From a virus (Duplodnaviria > Caudoviricetes), in the IMG/VR virus record IMGVR_UViG_3300028886_000042: DNA of 64,000 nt. One strand, 5' to 3'. The position numbers were made by a program, and so were the translations under genes. Each line of letters begins with the position of its first letter. The first letter of the stretch is position 1. Positions 30,291-40,042 of this stretch are shown here, piece after piece. The notes under the pieces were generated by a model that was given only the letters and a program-made list of their open reading frames with translations, searched no databases and had not been told where the DNA came from.

Positions 30291-31118
30291 TTATTTCAAC
30301 TCTTCTTCTTTTACTGTTATGATATCCTTCTTTCTGTCTGTATCATAACTGTATTCACGCAGTGCAAGTTCAAACCATTTGGTAACTTCCTCATCCGACA
30401 GTGTATTGTTGTACGTGTCAATCAGACTTCCCTTACGTGCTATATTGTGTACATAGCCTTCTTTTGGCACAACCATGCATTTCAGTCCCTTGTTAGTCAT
30501 TCTCAATAGGAGTTCATAGTTGAATGAAACCTTGATTGAAGGCTTGTATTTTCCGACTGAAATGAAATCCTTTCTGTTGAAGATACTTCCGGTAAGATTA
30601 AACAGTGAACAGTTTTCAATACGCTTGAAATTGATTATGCCTACCTCATCCGTATCGTCTGCATTCTCAGTAATGAATGCGTTTGACAGTGCGAATTCAT
30701 TTCCGAACTGCCACTTTTCATTGTTGGAATGTACGGCATTTATGGGGAGGAAAATACTGATACTCTCATTACCGTAGTAATAGTCATTTGCGATTCTGAA
30801 CCATTTAGGACGGTACACATCATCAAATTCCAGAATTGAGAAGAAATCAGATTCAATATTATCGACTGCATAGTTAATCATAGAACAGAAATCACTCTCT
30901 CCGTCATTGTAAATTACCCGTATGTCCTCAAAAATGTCCTGTATGTCGCTTTTTTCAATATCTTCCCTGATATTTTCCGTTGCGACAATTGTTACCGGCA
31001 GATTTCCGTCCTTATATTCGTTTCTGCACAGTTCAACACTTTTAAGTGCATTCTTAAGAAGTTCCGAGACGGTTTCGTTATATTCATGTACAGGTATTAT
31101 AATTGTAACTTCCTTCAT
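30291..31118 (-). CDS. Glycosyltransferase, GT-A fold (GT2-like)
   Basis: VTIIIPVH N-terminus; FSILEFDD acidic motif. Confidence 0.75.
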   Translation of the reverse strand: MKEVTIIIPVHEYNETVSELLKNALKSVELCRNEYKDGNLPVTIVATENIREDIEKSDIQDIFEDIRVIYNDGESDFCSMINYAVDNIESDFFSILEFDDVYRPKWFRIANDYYYGNESISIFLPINAVHSNNEKWQFGNEFALSNAFITENADDTDEVGIINFKRIENCSLFNLTGSIFNRKDFISVGKYKPSIKVSFNYELLLRMTNKGLKCMVVPKEGYVHNIARKGSLIDTYNNTLSDEEVTKWFELALREYSYDTDRKKDIITVKEEELK

Positions 31119-32290
31119 TATCCAACGTCGTTTTTATCTTTATTTTCTTTTAATGATTCGAATTCGTCAATTCTGTTCTGGAATATTCCCATGATAAAGT
31201 TAGATACATTATCATTCCATTTCTTCGTGTTATAGTATTTCACGGTATTTTCCATTTCCTTGTAGATTTCTTCAGGAACCTCATCTTCAATCCATGTGTT
31301 TACAATTGAAGCTATCATGTCGGGAATCTTGTTTATCTCATCAACCCAAAGTCCGTTGTTTTTAAGTTCGCCATTTTCGTCTGTCATCCATTCGGGTATT
31401 AATTCCGGAATTTTTCCGATTACGATATCGCCGCATTTCATGGATTCCAAAGCATTCAGACCAAATGACGAATCGTTGTCAACCCATACTGTAATCGAGC
31501 CTTCCTGTAGCATTTCAGCATATTTTTCCCTTGGGAAGTTGACAAGGAACCTGAACGGTACAAAACTGAACAGAGGATATTTCCAGTAGAACATCTTAAC
31601 GATGTGTTCAGCATCCTCCTTTGTTTTAGTAACCATGTTGACAATAAGTTTCTTTGCCTTTAGCGGTTTTCTGAAATAGTCCGGTATTGCAGGGGGCAGA
31701 ACATATGTATTAGCATACTTGAATACTGACTTGACGAGGTCTGACTGTTTCTGTGAAGTTGTTATTGCATCTGTGATGCCGTATGAAGCCCACTGGTCAC
31801 CGAATGGAATGAATTCGGTTATATGTCTGAAATTCTCTACTATCACATATCTCTTACACGGTATTCTCTTTGAGTATGTTTCCCTCATAAGTCCGGCAAA
31901 TGCTTCCGGTATAAATAGGAAGTCTGAGGGTGAAACCTGCCATGTTCCGTTCGATATATTAAGGTGCTTCAGATTACCGTACTTTTCTCCGAGCCATTCG
32001 GACACGCCGATAAACAATCTTCTGTCATCAATCGGCTGTTCTTTCCTCTTTAATTCATCAAGTTCCTTTTTGGTATATTCATTCTCCAACTGATAAAGCA
32101 TACATACTTTATAGTCAAGCTGCTGTAATGTATATGCAAGCTGATAGATATATGCCATTTTAGCATTAGGTACGTTTCTTGCATCCGCAACGAAGAAATA
32201 AAGGACTGAATCCTTATTCCTTACACTGCTGATTGCATTGTCTATACGTTCTAAAATCGTCTGTTCCTTTGTCTTGTCCATGATTTTCAA
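31118..32290 (-). CDS. Glycosyltransferase, GT-B fold-like
   Basis: DFLFIPE; SSFGLNALESMKCG resembles the E-x-F-G...E-A-M motif. Confidence 0.65.
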   Translation of the reverse strand: MKIMDKTKEQTILERIDNAISSVRNKDSVLYFFVADARNVPNAKMAYIYQLAYTLQQLDYKVCMLYQLENEYTKKELDELKRKEQPIDDRRLFIGVSEWLGEKYGNLKHLNISNGTWQVSPSDFLFIPEAFAGLMRETYSKRIPCKRYVIVENFRHITEFIPFGDQWASYGITDAITTSQKQSDLVKSVFKYANTYVLPPAIPDYFRKPLKAKKLIVNMVTKTKEDAEHIVKMFYWKYPLFSFVPFRFLVNFPREKYAEMLQEGSITVWVDNDSSFGLNALESMKCGDIVIGKIPELIPEWMTDENGELKNNGLWVDEINKIPDMIASIVNTWIEDEVPEEIYKEMENTVKYYNTKKWNDNVSNFIMGIFQNRIDEFESLKENKDKNDVG

Positions 32291-32650
32291 TTATAAACTT
32301 ATAGTTCTGTCCTTTTCTTCCAAAATACCTTCCTTTACCAGTGAATCAAAAATGATTCTGTTACCGATAGGCATTTCATGTACGTTTTTTATGATTTTAC
32401 CTGAAGGTGTCATATATGTTGTCAGTACATTGTTAAGCATTCCGTTTAAGAAATCGTAACGCATGGTACACATATGTTCGTTCAAATCCAGTTTGTTCTC
32501 TACGACTTCCTTGTTAACCATTGTCAGTTCGCCGCTTTCCAACGGTTGCCAAATTTCGGTTATTGTGGTTTCACTGTTTTTTTCCTTTTCGGTAACCTTT
32601 GTCACTGTTTCAAAAAACTTGTCAAAATTGATAACGTATTCTTTACCCAT
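32291..32650 (-). CDS. Hypothetical protein
   Basis: ORF in operon. Confidence 0.6.
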   Translation of the reverse strand: MGKEYVINFDKFFETVTKVTEKEKNSETTITEIWQPLESGELTMVNKEVVENKLDLNEHMCTMRYDFLNGMLNNVLTTYMTPSGKIIKNVHEMPIGNRIIFDSLVKEGILEEKDRTISL

Positions 32651-32656
32651 ATTTTT

Positions 32657-33259
32657 TTAATTCCTGTTTAAAATGTTTATGACAGTCTCATCCTTATCAT
32701 CAATAACTTCCTTTAATGACTTGAATGTATATTCTGCTTCAACGTCCTTGTTGTAAGGTGCTTCTATTTTTATTACAGTCTTACCTTCCGGTACATTTTC
32801 GATTAAATTAGGATTTGCTGTAATAAGAATATCACATCTGTCCCATATTGTTGCCGAGTCAAGAGGAAAATATACCTCGCGTACCGATGAACTTATCTTT
32901 GACAGAAATGAATGCGTTGACTGTATTGACTTACCTGTTTCGAACGGGCTTACAAGCATGATTTCAGGTACTTTTTCCTTGTCAAGGTTCATAAGTGTCT
33001 TCTGTGTCCAGTCGTTGAACTTATACGGGAGCATTCTGTCCATAGGCTCTGCCCTTCCGTACAGTTCAAATGCATAGTCCACATAGCGGAACAATTTGTA
33101 CGCATATACGTCCTTGAATGGGAAAACTTCAGACAAATCAAATGAGGTTATATCTTCATAACTGATTTCAAATGTTTCGTCAATACCACGGATATAGTAG
33201 TTCATGAATTGCCTTGTAAAATCACGCAGTACATCATTTATGTCAATCGCTATTTTCAT
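32657..33259 (-). CDS. HAD-family 5'(3')-deoxyribonucleotidase-like protein
   Basis: KIAIDINDVLRD (DxDxVL variant); C-terminal APYN. Confidence 0.65.
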   Translation of the reverse strand: MKIAIDINDVLRDFTRQFMNYYIRGIDETFEISYEDITSFDLSEVFPFKDVYAYKLFRYVDYAFELYGRAEPMDRMLPYKFNDWTQKTLMNLDKEKVPEIMLVSPFETGKSIQSTHSFLSKISSSVREVYFPLDSATIWDRCDILITANPNLIENVPEGKTVIKIEAPYNKDVEAEYTFKSLKEVIDDKDETVINILNRN

Positions 33260-33262
33260 TCT

Positions 33263-33736
33263 TTAATCATTAAACGCCTTTATTTCCTCTCCCTTTGAAT
33301 TGACATACACGATTCTTGGGTACGCATATTCAAGGTTGCATTTGAAACCGCATTCACATTCATGCTTTGAAATTTTCTCAAAAGTAAACGGGTTGAATAC
33401 GGTAGGTGCTTTACTTACAAGTTCGCGTCCGCATTTAGGACAGTATGCATGTTTGATACCTACTTTGATATCTTCGTCAAGAACAGTCGTAAGTTCTTTT
33501 TCACTAATCTTCACATATTCATCGTGGAACTTCTTATAGATGTTCTCCATATCATAAGGACTGTCATTTATGTTCCTTACTTCTTCCATTACGTCCTCCA
33601 TATTAACAGGTTCGATATTAAAGCCTTCCGGTAAATCCTCACTGATTCCGTTTATGTCGAAATTACTGTTCTCTTTTTTTCTGTCCTCTTCAAGCTGCTT
33701 CTTGTAATCCTCTAAAATTTTAGATGTATTTCCCAT
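33263..33736 (-). CDS. Zn-ribbon protein
   Basis: CPKCG...CECG. Confidence 0.6.
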   Translation of the reverse strand: MGNTSKILEDYKKQLEEDRKKENSNFDINGISEDLPEGFNIEPVNMEDVMEEVRNINDSPYDMENIYKKFHDEYVKISEKELTTVLDEDIKVGIKHAYCPKCGRELVSKAPTVFNPFTFEKISKHECECGFKCNLEYAYPRIVYVNSKGEEIKAFND

Positions 33737-33765
33737 TTTCTGTTTCTGTATTTTTTTATTATTTT

Positions 33766-34173
33766 TTATTTCTGATAGTCAAGTATGTTGAAATATCTGA
33801 ACCCCTGAAATCCCTTCATCGGTATTTCTTTGTCAATATAGTGAAAAGGCCCGCTTCTTTCAATGAATTTGCCCTTATAATCCTTGCCTGTTGTAGTACA
33901 TTTGAATTCCTTTTCCGAAAACCCTATTATTTTCATCCACCCCTTTACGAATCCTTTGTGTACTATATAGCATTTGTCACCTCTGTTTATTCCCTTCGGG
34001 AAGTTATAGACCTTGAAATTCATCACTTCATCATAGTTTTTGACCTTATCAAGTTCTTTTTCATATTCTTCCCATGATATGTTTGACGGTAGGGTTACTA
34101 TAATCGACCTGTTATTTTTCTCAATATCCTCTAACAGCCGTTTGATATTTAATATGTTAGTGTTTTTGCACAT
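33766..34173 (-). CDS. PUA/ASCH/EVE-like protein
   Basis: GDKCYIV...G and IPMKGFQGFRYF resemble ASCH/EVE termini. Confidence 0.45.
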   Translation of the reverse strand: MCKNTNILNIKRLLEDIEKNNRSIIVTLPSNISWEEYEKELDKVKNYDEVMNFKVYNFPKGINRGDKCYIVHKGFVKGWMKIIGFSEKEFKCTTTGKDYKGKFIERSGPFHYIDKEIPMKGFQGFRYFNILDYQK

Positions 34174-34213
34174 ATATAATGAATATATAGGAAATAATTG
34201 TTATTTTCAATAT

Positions 34214-34723
34214 TTATCTGAACTTGTATTGTTTTCTCTCACCGTTTTCATCATGGAAACTCAGATGGAAACTCTTAGGCTTAAGTACGACAAGCGGAGA
34301 CAGCATTTCCTTTGTATATTTGTCACCTAAGCCCTTCTTTAGGTAAGCGATTGTTACGTGCGGATTATAGTCCTTGTATTCACTGTATGTCGGAAACTTA
34401 GACTTAATCAGTCTGTTTGTATCGGACAGAACAATCGAGTTTGCATCGCATTTCAGAACGTCGAAATTTTCATTATTAGTGAATAAGGAAACATTTGTAA
34501 GCATAAGGACATACTTGTCGATAGGCTGTAACAGTTTCTTCAGTTCTTCAACATCCACGTAATTATCAAGGCATGGTACTAACGTCACATGTGTTTCGTA
34601 TTCAATACCGTAGTCTGCATTATCCTCAGTGTAAAGTTCTTCTGAAGGTAATATATTCTGTATGTCATGAATAAGCTCCGGTGTATCATAGTCAATCATC
34701 AGAAATGCATATTTGTCTTCCAT
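34214..34723 (-). CDS. 2H phosphoesterase (Acb1/T4 57B-like)
   Basis: Two HxT motifs: THVTL and YNPHVTIAY. Confidence 0.8.
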   Translation of the reverse strand: MEDKYAFLMIDYDTPELIHDIQNILPSEELYTEDNADYGIEYETHVTLVPCLDNYVDVEELKKLLQPIDKYVLMLTNVSLFTNNENFDVLKCDANSIVLSDTNRLIKSKFPTYSEYKDYNPHVTIAYLKKGLGDKYTKEMLSPLVVLKPKSFHLSFHDENGERKQYKFR

Positions 34724-34732
34724 TTAAAAATC

Positions 34733-35923
34733 CTATTTTAGTGAATTAATATTATTATTTAGATATTTCTGCAAGCATTCCTTACAGAGTTTTTTTCCGA
34801 ATGTCTGTTCTGCTATCTGCAAGTCATAGAATGACAGTACATCATTACCGTCGTTTGTAATTTCCTCGTCTATTTCACGGGCCGGTCTTAATGTTTCCTC
34901 ATTCATGGATTCCGTATCATATTCAAACGTTCTTCCGCATTCGGCACATATGAATGTTTCGTGTCTGTTTCCTCCGTCATATGCATCAAGCACAACTTCC
35001 TTCTTCTCCTTGTTGCGATATTTCTCATCCATTGACTTAGAGTAGTATTCTTCTGTAAGGTCAACACCGTTTACGTATGCATGGGCCTTGAATTTAAGCA
35101 CATAATGACCGTCATATTCGACAATACCCTTATAGAATATCTTATCAAATCTGAATTCAATCATATCTTCAAGTCTGTATGCGTGTGAAGTCGTAAACAT
35201 AACCCTCTTTAATGACAGTACATCACTCTGTGTATTTCCATTGAAAATTTTTTCAACTTCATTGACAAAGTAGATTGATTTCATATTCTGTTCCTTCGGG
35301 TATTTGCTGACGTAGAAATCGAGAATCATGTTGTCGTTATCATCTAATTTCTTGACAACGAGCCTTGTTGTGAAATTCTCCAACTTGAAACGTGGAGTGA
35401 AATCACGTTCTACCTTAATCGTATAATCGTCAACCGAACTGAAGTCACCTACGTCAATGCATATATTTCCCTGTTTATCCTTGAGTTCAACCGTATCGAA
35501 GTCAACATCCTTGATACCGTCATATACGTTTTTTATGCAAGGATTGTTCGGCTGTATTGTGATAACCGGTAAATCCTCACTGTTCTCGTATTTTACGAAA
35601 TTACTGTCCTGACGTTCGAATCTTCCGTAAGGTGTTTCATACTTAAGTGCCTTTACAGGCGAAAAATACTCATACTGTTTCGATTCTCTGTCAACCTTAT
35701 ATGTACGGTATCTTAACTCTTCGACCTGCTGTGTCACTTCACCCTTCAGTAAGTCCTTTGAAACCCTGTTCTCGTTTACTTCCTGCTGTATTTCAGTCCC
35801 TATACTGTTGTCAATACCGACTTGGGTGAAAACTGTGTCGTTGGTCTGTTTCATGCCGTAAAACAAACCGTACCAGTATGATTGTACTGTCTGAATGATT
35901 TTTCTAAATAGACTCATCTTCAA
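34733..35923 (-). CDS. Hypothetical protein with C-terminal Zn finger
   Basis: CAECG...CKEC. Confidence 0.6.
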   Translation of the reverse strand: MKMSLFRKIIQTVQSYWYGLFYGMKQTNDTVFTQVGIDNSIGTEIQQEVNENRVSKDLLKGEVTQQVEELRYRTYKVDRESKQYEYFSPVKALKYETPYGRFERQDSNFVKYENSEDLPVITIQPNNPCIKNVYDGIKDVDFDTVELKDKQGNICIDVGDFSSVDDYTIKVERDFTPRFKLENFTTRLVVKKLDDNDNMILDFYVSKYPKEQNMKSIYFVNEVEKIFNGNTQSDVLSLKRVMFTTSHAYRLEDMIEFRFDKIFYKGIVEYDGHYVLKFKAHAYVNGVDLTEEYYSKSMDEKYRNKEKKEVVLDAYDGGNRHETFICAECGRTFEYDTESMNEETLRPAREIDEEITNDGNDVLSFYDLQIAEQTFGKKLCKECLQKYLNNNINSLK

Positions 35924-36110
35924 AAAAACTTGAAATTCTGTTATTAATCTCCGAATAAATCATATTTCTTAGTGTTAATGACTTATCATAGTTTTCCCTT
36001 ATTCTCTTGTCAGTAGGATTCATGCTCCTTTTAATATTAAGGTAATCCAAATTCTTCTCACATAGTCTGAGATGCGTATAAAGTTCGTCAATAGTAAGTT
36101 TTTCCAACAT
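35904..36110 (-). CDS. Small hypothetical protein
   Basis: 68 aa, overlaps the next start. Confidence 0.5.
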   Translation of the reverse strand: MLEKLTIDELYTHLRLCEKNLDYLNIKRSMNPTDKRIRENYDKSLTLRNMIYSEINNRISSFFEDESI

Positions 36111-36247
36111 TTTTTTCCTTTAAACCTATATATAGTTTAATATAGGCGGTAAATATTATAAAATAAACAAAAAACACGGATATTCACTAAAAAAAGCAAA
36201 CATCCGTGTCGGAATTATATAAACAACAAAGAAAAACCTGTTCTCTG

Positions 36248-37261
36248 TCAATCCTGATTGAACTGATTTGAAGCATTTGCACTTAGTACATTCACTTCAA
36301 CTTCCCCTATGAAATCCTTTATATCCCTTTTATTGCAATATGACATAAGAGATGATAGATAATTTATGAATTTTTCAGTAAAGGTTTCGATTGTACCTTC
36401 ACATCTGTTATATATCACCTTACCTTCAGGTGAACCGGTCTTACCGAGCATTTTCATACCCTTTTCGGATGCCATACCGTAATATTCCTTGAATTTTGTT
36501 TCCTTCAAATGACCTGTTTCCTTATCAGCAGCCATCTTTGTTACCACTTCGGCGGCACTGTCCTCCAAACGGTTCAATACACTTCCTAACATTACATAGT
36601 CAGCACCTAAAGCAAGTGATTTGAACATTCTTCTGAAACTTGATATACCACCGTCTGCAACAATCTTTGTTTTATACCCTCTGTCCTTCTTTATCTGATA
36701 GCATTCGTCAATAAGTGAAGCCAACGGGTATAGAAGCCCCAGATATGTAGCTGTATTACATGCAGCACCTGAACCTACACTGCATCTTACATAGTCAACA
36801 CCTATTTCACAGAATTTTTCGAATGTTTTAGGATTTGCAATGTTACCAACCATAAGTTTCAGTGAGTCACCGTACATTTTCTTAGCCTCTGATGATATGT
36901 TGTAAAGTTTCATCATATTACCGTTGGCGATATCTATAAGTGCATATATTGTTTCACTCTTGAATTTTTCGGTTATAAAGTATTTTTCAAATTCAGAAAG
37001 TGAAAACGCACACCATTTTCCCTTACATTCCTCTAATCTGAATTTTATATCTTCAGTACGCGGCAGAATTGCGTTAATTCCGTGTTGTTCATATTTGGAA
37101 AATGTATCTTTATTTACAACACACGGCATCGGAGCAGTGAAAATCGGCAATTTATTTCCATCATAATAAGGATTACATTCACTTCTATGCTCAATTTCGG
37201 ATAAAACAGCCGGCATTATGGCAATATCCTTTAGGCTGTATAGTGTTTTATTTACAATCAT
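36248..37261 (-). CDS. guaC: GMP reductase / IMP dehydrogenase family protein (no CBS domains)
   Basis: IDIANG, VGNIA, SVGSGAACNT catalytic loop, IVADGGI, ALGADYVMLG, YYGMAS. Confidence 0.85.
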   Translation of the reverse strand: MIVNKTLYSLKDIAIMPAVLSEIEHRSECNPYYDGNKLPIFTAPMPCVVNKDTFSKYEQHGINAILPRTEDIKFRLEECKGKWCAFSLSEFEKYFITEKFKSETIYALIDIANGNMMKLYNISSEAKKMYGDSLKLMVGNIANPKTFEKFCEIGVDYVRCSVGSGAACNTATYLGLLYPLASLIDECYQIKKDRGYKTKIVADGGISSFRRMFKSLALGADYVMLGSVLNRLEDSAAEVVTKMAADKETGHLKETKFKEYYGMASEKGMKMLGKTGSPEGKVIYNRCEGTIETFTEKFINYLSSLMSYCNKRDIKDFIGEVEVNVLSANASNQFNQD

Positions 37262-37872
37262 TCCTCAATTTCTTCTTTTTTAATAGATTTTTTGTATTTT
37301 TCCTTCATTTCAATTGCTACGAAATGATTTGCCATTCTGACAAGTGAAGCAAGCGGCGTTATGAAATAGTTTGCTTTGTCATCATCTGCTTTGTCTATAA
37401 TCCTTATGGCCTCATATTCCTCTTCTGATAATGAAATTCCGTATTTCTGACAAAGATAAAGTGACCTTTCGCCTAATTTCATTGAAGTTTTCAGTTCATC
37501 ATTGAATTCGTACAGGATTCCCTTGTTGATTTTCCACGTTTCCCTTGTATCTACGAATAATTCAGCCTTTGAAATATGCTGTAATAGCAGAACTCTCATC
37601 AGCATGTCATTATTAACCCTCATATGTGAGAATTTACCCGTATCACTGTATACTATTTCATTTATACTGTACGCAATCGTACATAAATGGTTAAGTACAA
37701 CATCGATTAACGACCCCTGATAGGCAGAACCGCATTCGGCTGTCATTGAAAAACTTGCATTCATCAGTTTTTCACCTAAATCGTTAATCATTTCTTCTGA
37801 ATAACAGTTGTATTTCTTTAACTTGTTACAGAAGGTTACGTAATTAAGTTTGATTTTTTCAATTGTAAGCAT
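37258..37872 (-). CDS. HD-like hypothetical protein
   Basis: AYQGSL..., LLQHISK, GERSLY...EEYEAI pattern resembles degenerate phage HD hydrolases. Confidence 0.5.
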   Translation of the reverse strand: MLTIEKIKLNYVTFCNKLKKYNCYSEEMINDLGEKLMNASFSMTAECGSAYQGSLIDVVLNHLCTIAYSINEIVYSDTGKFSHMRVNNDMLMRVLLLQHISKAELFVDTRETWKINKGILYEFNDELKTSMKLGERSLYLCQKYGISLSEEEYEAIRIIDKADDDKANYFITPLASLVRMANHFVAIEMKEKYKKSIKKEEIEE

Positions 37873-37900
37873 ATTTTTGCATTTTATAGGTTTTTCAATG

Positions 37901-37931
37901 CAAATATACGTGCTTATACGGGTTTTTCAAA
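37901..37931 (-). promoter_or_regulatory. Bacteroidota-type promoter
   Basis: Reverse complement reads TTTG-N19-TATATTTG. Confidence 0.7.
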
Positions 37932-37979
37932 ATAAAAAAAGTGGAAAATTCTGTTTTTCCACTGTTTATTCTTCATTTT

Positions 37980-38657
37980 TCAGCTTTTTTTCTTGTTTTT
38001 CCCCTTGTAAACCATCTGACACTCGAAAACATTGTTGTCTGAGTCCAAAAAGAGGAATTTGTCACTCATTTTCATCGCCGTAAGCATGTTTCCGTTCATT
38101 CTTGACATGTTTCTGTTCATGGATTCGTTAAGTTCGTTCCTTATCTCGTCCTTTACAGACCTTACGGCTTCCTCAACGATAGTCCTTATAAGGGAATAGT
38201 CGATATTTACACTCGCATTCCGGTTAATTTCATTAATAAGTGCCTTTTTAGCCTCTTTTTCCTTATCCATTTCATCCAACTGGTTTATTATGTCAGTACT
38301 TTTGGAGACACTTCCCATTGTGGTTGCAAGTTTTTGTGTAAATGCATCCATTTTCGGGTCTACAGTTGTTGAAATCAGCGGATTTGCGGCAATTGACTCC
38401 TTTATGACGCTAGGAAGCTTTGAATTACGTATATTTTCCTGTGAAATTCCGTTTTTCAGCATTTCCATTTCTTCTTTTGCATCATATGGCCTGTTACCGG
38501 AACCGTCGTCAACAATTTTCCGTCCGAAAACCTTTTCAGTAAGGTCATCCACATTTCCTACGAATGTACTTACATTCTGTGCCGGTATTCTTCTGTTACT
38601 TACACTTATATCGGATGACATACTCTTCGCTGTATTAAGTTTACTTTTTAAATCCAT
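37980..38657 (-). CDS. Hypothetical protein
   Basis: Contains IKES, LINE and LNES sites. Confidence 0.6.
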   Translation of the reverse strand: MDLKSKLNTAKSMSSDISVSNRRIPAQNVSTFVGNVDDLTEKVFGRKIVDDGSGNRPYDAKEEMEMLKNGISQENIRNSKLPSVIKESIAANPLISTTVDPKMDAFTQKLATTMGSVSKSTDIINQLDEMDKEKEAKKALINEINRNASVNIDYSLIRTIVEEAVRSVKDEIRNELNESMNRNMSRMNGNMLTAMKMSDKFLFLDSDNNVFECQMVYKGKNKKKS

Positions 38658-38706
38658 GAATTTCTATACTTGTATATTTTGAAAATACTGTTTTCAGAAA
38701 ACTAAA

Positions 38707-39576
38707 TCAAGTGTTTTCCTCTTCTTCTTCAGTGTTTTTTAACCTGTCCTCTAATTCTTTCTTCGTTATCGGGTTTGACGTGTCACCTAATCTGTCTCTA
38801 AGGTTGTCAAGTTCCCTGTTTAAAGAGTCCTTTCTGTTCAGATAACGTGAATCAGATGATTTTTCCCATCGTCTGTCTGCACGATTCATTCTGTCTGTTT
38901 CTGACTTGTTCAGTCTGTCAATATCCTGTTTTGCAGTACTTGTATTGAATACATTGTCAACTGTCTGCTCTTTCTCCGCACTCTTCTTTAATTTCGGGCC
39001 GGTTTCTGAAGGCTGTTTGTTATAATCTGTAAATCCGTTCTTCGTTTTTATGTCAGACAGTCTGATAGGATTAATTACCTGCTGTTTCAGTCTCTCCATT
39101 TTCTTTTCAGAATCGGTTTTGAAAACGTCATCCTTTAACTTAGGATTAGTATTCATTACCATATTGTTCTTGTCAATAGTGTTTTTGTTTCCGAACTTTG
39201 CGATTTTATACACAATTCCCATAGTTTCGTCACCGTCTGGGTTGAAATCACCCAAACCTTTATAGATATCAGAAGCAGGTTCACTGAATGTCTGATTTGT
39301 CTCTTTCCAGTAACTTATGCGGTCAAGTCTGAAGAATTTCCATGACGGAACCTTTGACCTTGTATCACCATACGGTTGGAATGCACGTATTACAGGATTA
39401 CCGGCCTTCGTAACACCATAGGCATACACCTCAATGATACGGGCACCGGTAGCAATATCTTCACCATAGGAATGATAGTTTATGATTATCCTCTTATGGT
39501 TGTCAATTGCATCATCTATCTCACTTACCGAAACAGATTCATTGAGTAATATGTTTTCCAAAAGTTCTGTAAGCAT
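38707..39576 (-). CDS. WYL-like domain protein
   Basis: IIINY...RIIEVYAYG...IRAF...WKFFRLDRI. Confidence 0.7.
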   Translation of the reverse strand: MLTELLENILLNESVSVSEIDDAIDNHKRIIINYHSYGEDIATGARIIEVYAYGVTKAGNPVIRAFQPYGDTRSKVPSWKFFRLDRISYWKETNQTFSEPASDIYKGLGDFNPDGDETMGIVYKIAKFGNKNTIDKNNMVMNTNPKLKDDVFKTDSEKKMERLKQQVINPIRLSDIKTKNGFTDYNKQPSETGPKLKKSAEKEQTVDNVFNTSTAKQDIDRLNKSETDRMNRADRRWEKSSDSRYLNRKDSLNRELDNLRDRLGDTSNPITKKELEDRLKNTEEEEENT

Positions 39577-39588
39577 TTATATCCGGAA

Positions 39589-39618
39589 TAGCCCGTAGAT
39601 TTTTTTATCTACGGGTTA
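39589..39618 (-). terminator. Hairpin
   Basis: TAGCCCGTAGAT/ATCTACGGGTTA inverted repeat. Confidence 0.6.
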
Positions 39619-39645
39619 TGAAATAATTGTGTGTGTTTTTATCAG

Positions 39646-40005
39646 TTAGGGTACTCTGTACTGACCTTCCCTTACATTAAGACTTGTGTCAACAAGATTT
39701 TCTGAATACATACGTGTAGGCTTATAGAGACTTCTTACCATTGCAAGGGTTCTTGTCTCATTGTCAACGTCTGTACCTGCCTCACTTTCAGGATTTGTAT
39801 CGAAGTTAGAATAATTGAATACACCTAATGCACCGGTGCAATTTGGTAACCAGTGTGTATGCCCACCACCGGTTCCACGGCCTAATTTTCCGCCTGCACG
39901 TGCATCTTCATGAGTCTCGTTATACTCATTATCCCTCTGATAGTCATTTCTGATTATTTCCTCATGTCTCTCTTCTCTTGAGACGCTTTCCAAACATGAT
40001 ACCAT
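39646..40005 (-). CDS. Hypothetical protein
   Basis: TATTTAT upstream on the minus strand. Confidence 0.6.
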   Translation of the reverse strand: MVSCLESVSREERHEEIIRNDYQRDNEYNETHEDARAGGKLGRGTGGGHTHWLPNCTGALGVFNYSNFDTNPESEAGTDVDNETRTLAMVRSLYKPTRMYSENLVDTSLNVREGQYRVP

Positions 40006-40042
40006 ATTTTAATTAAAATTAGTTCTTATTTTGATATAAATA

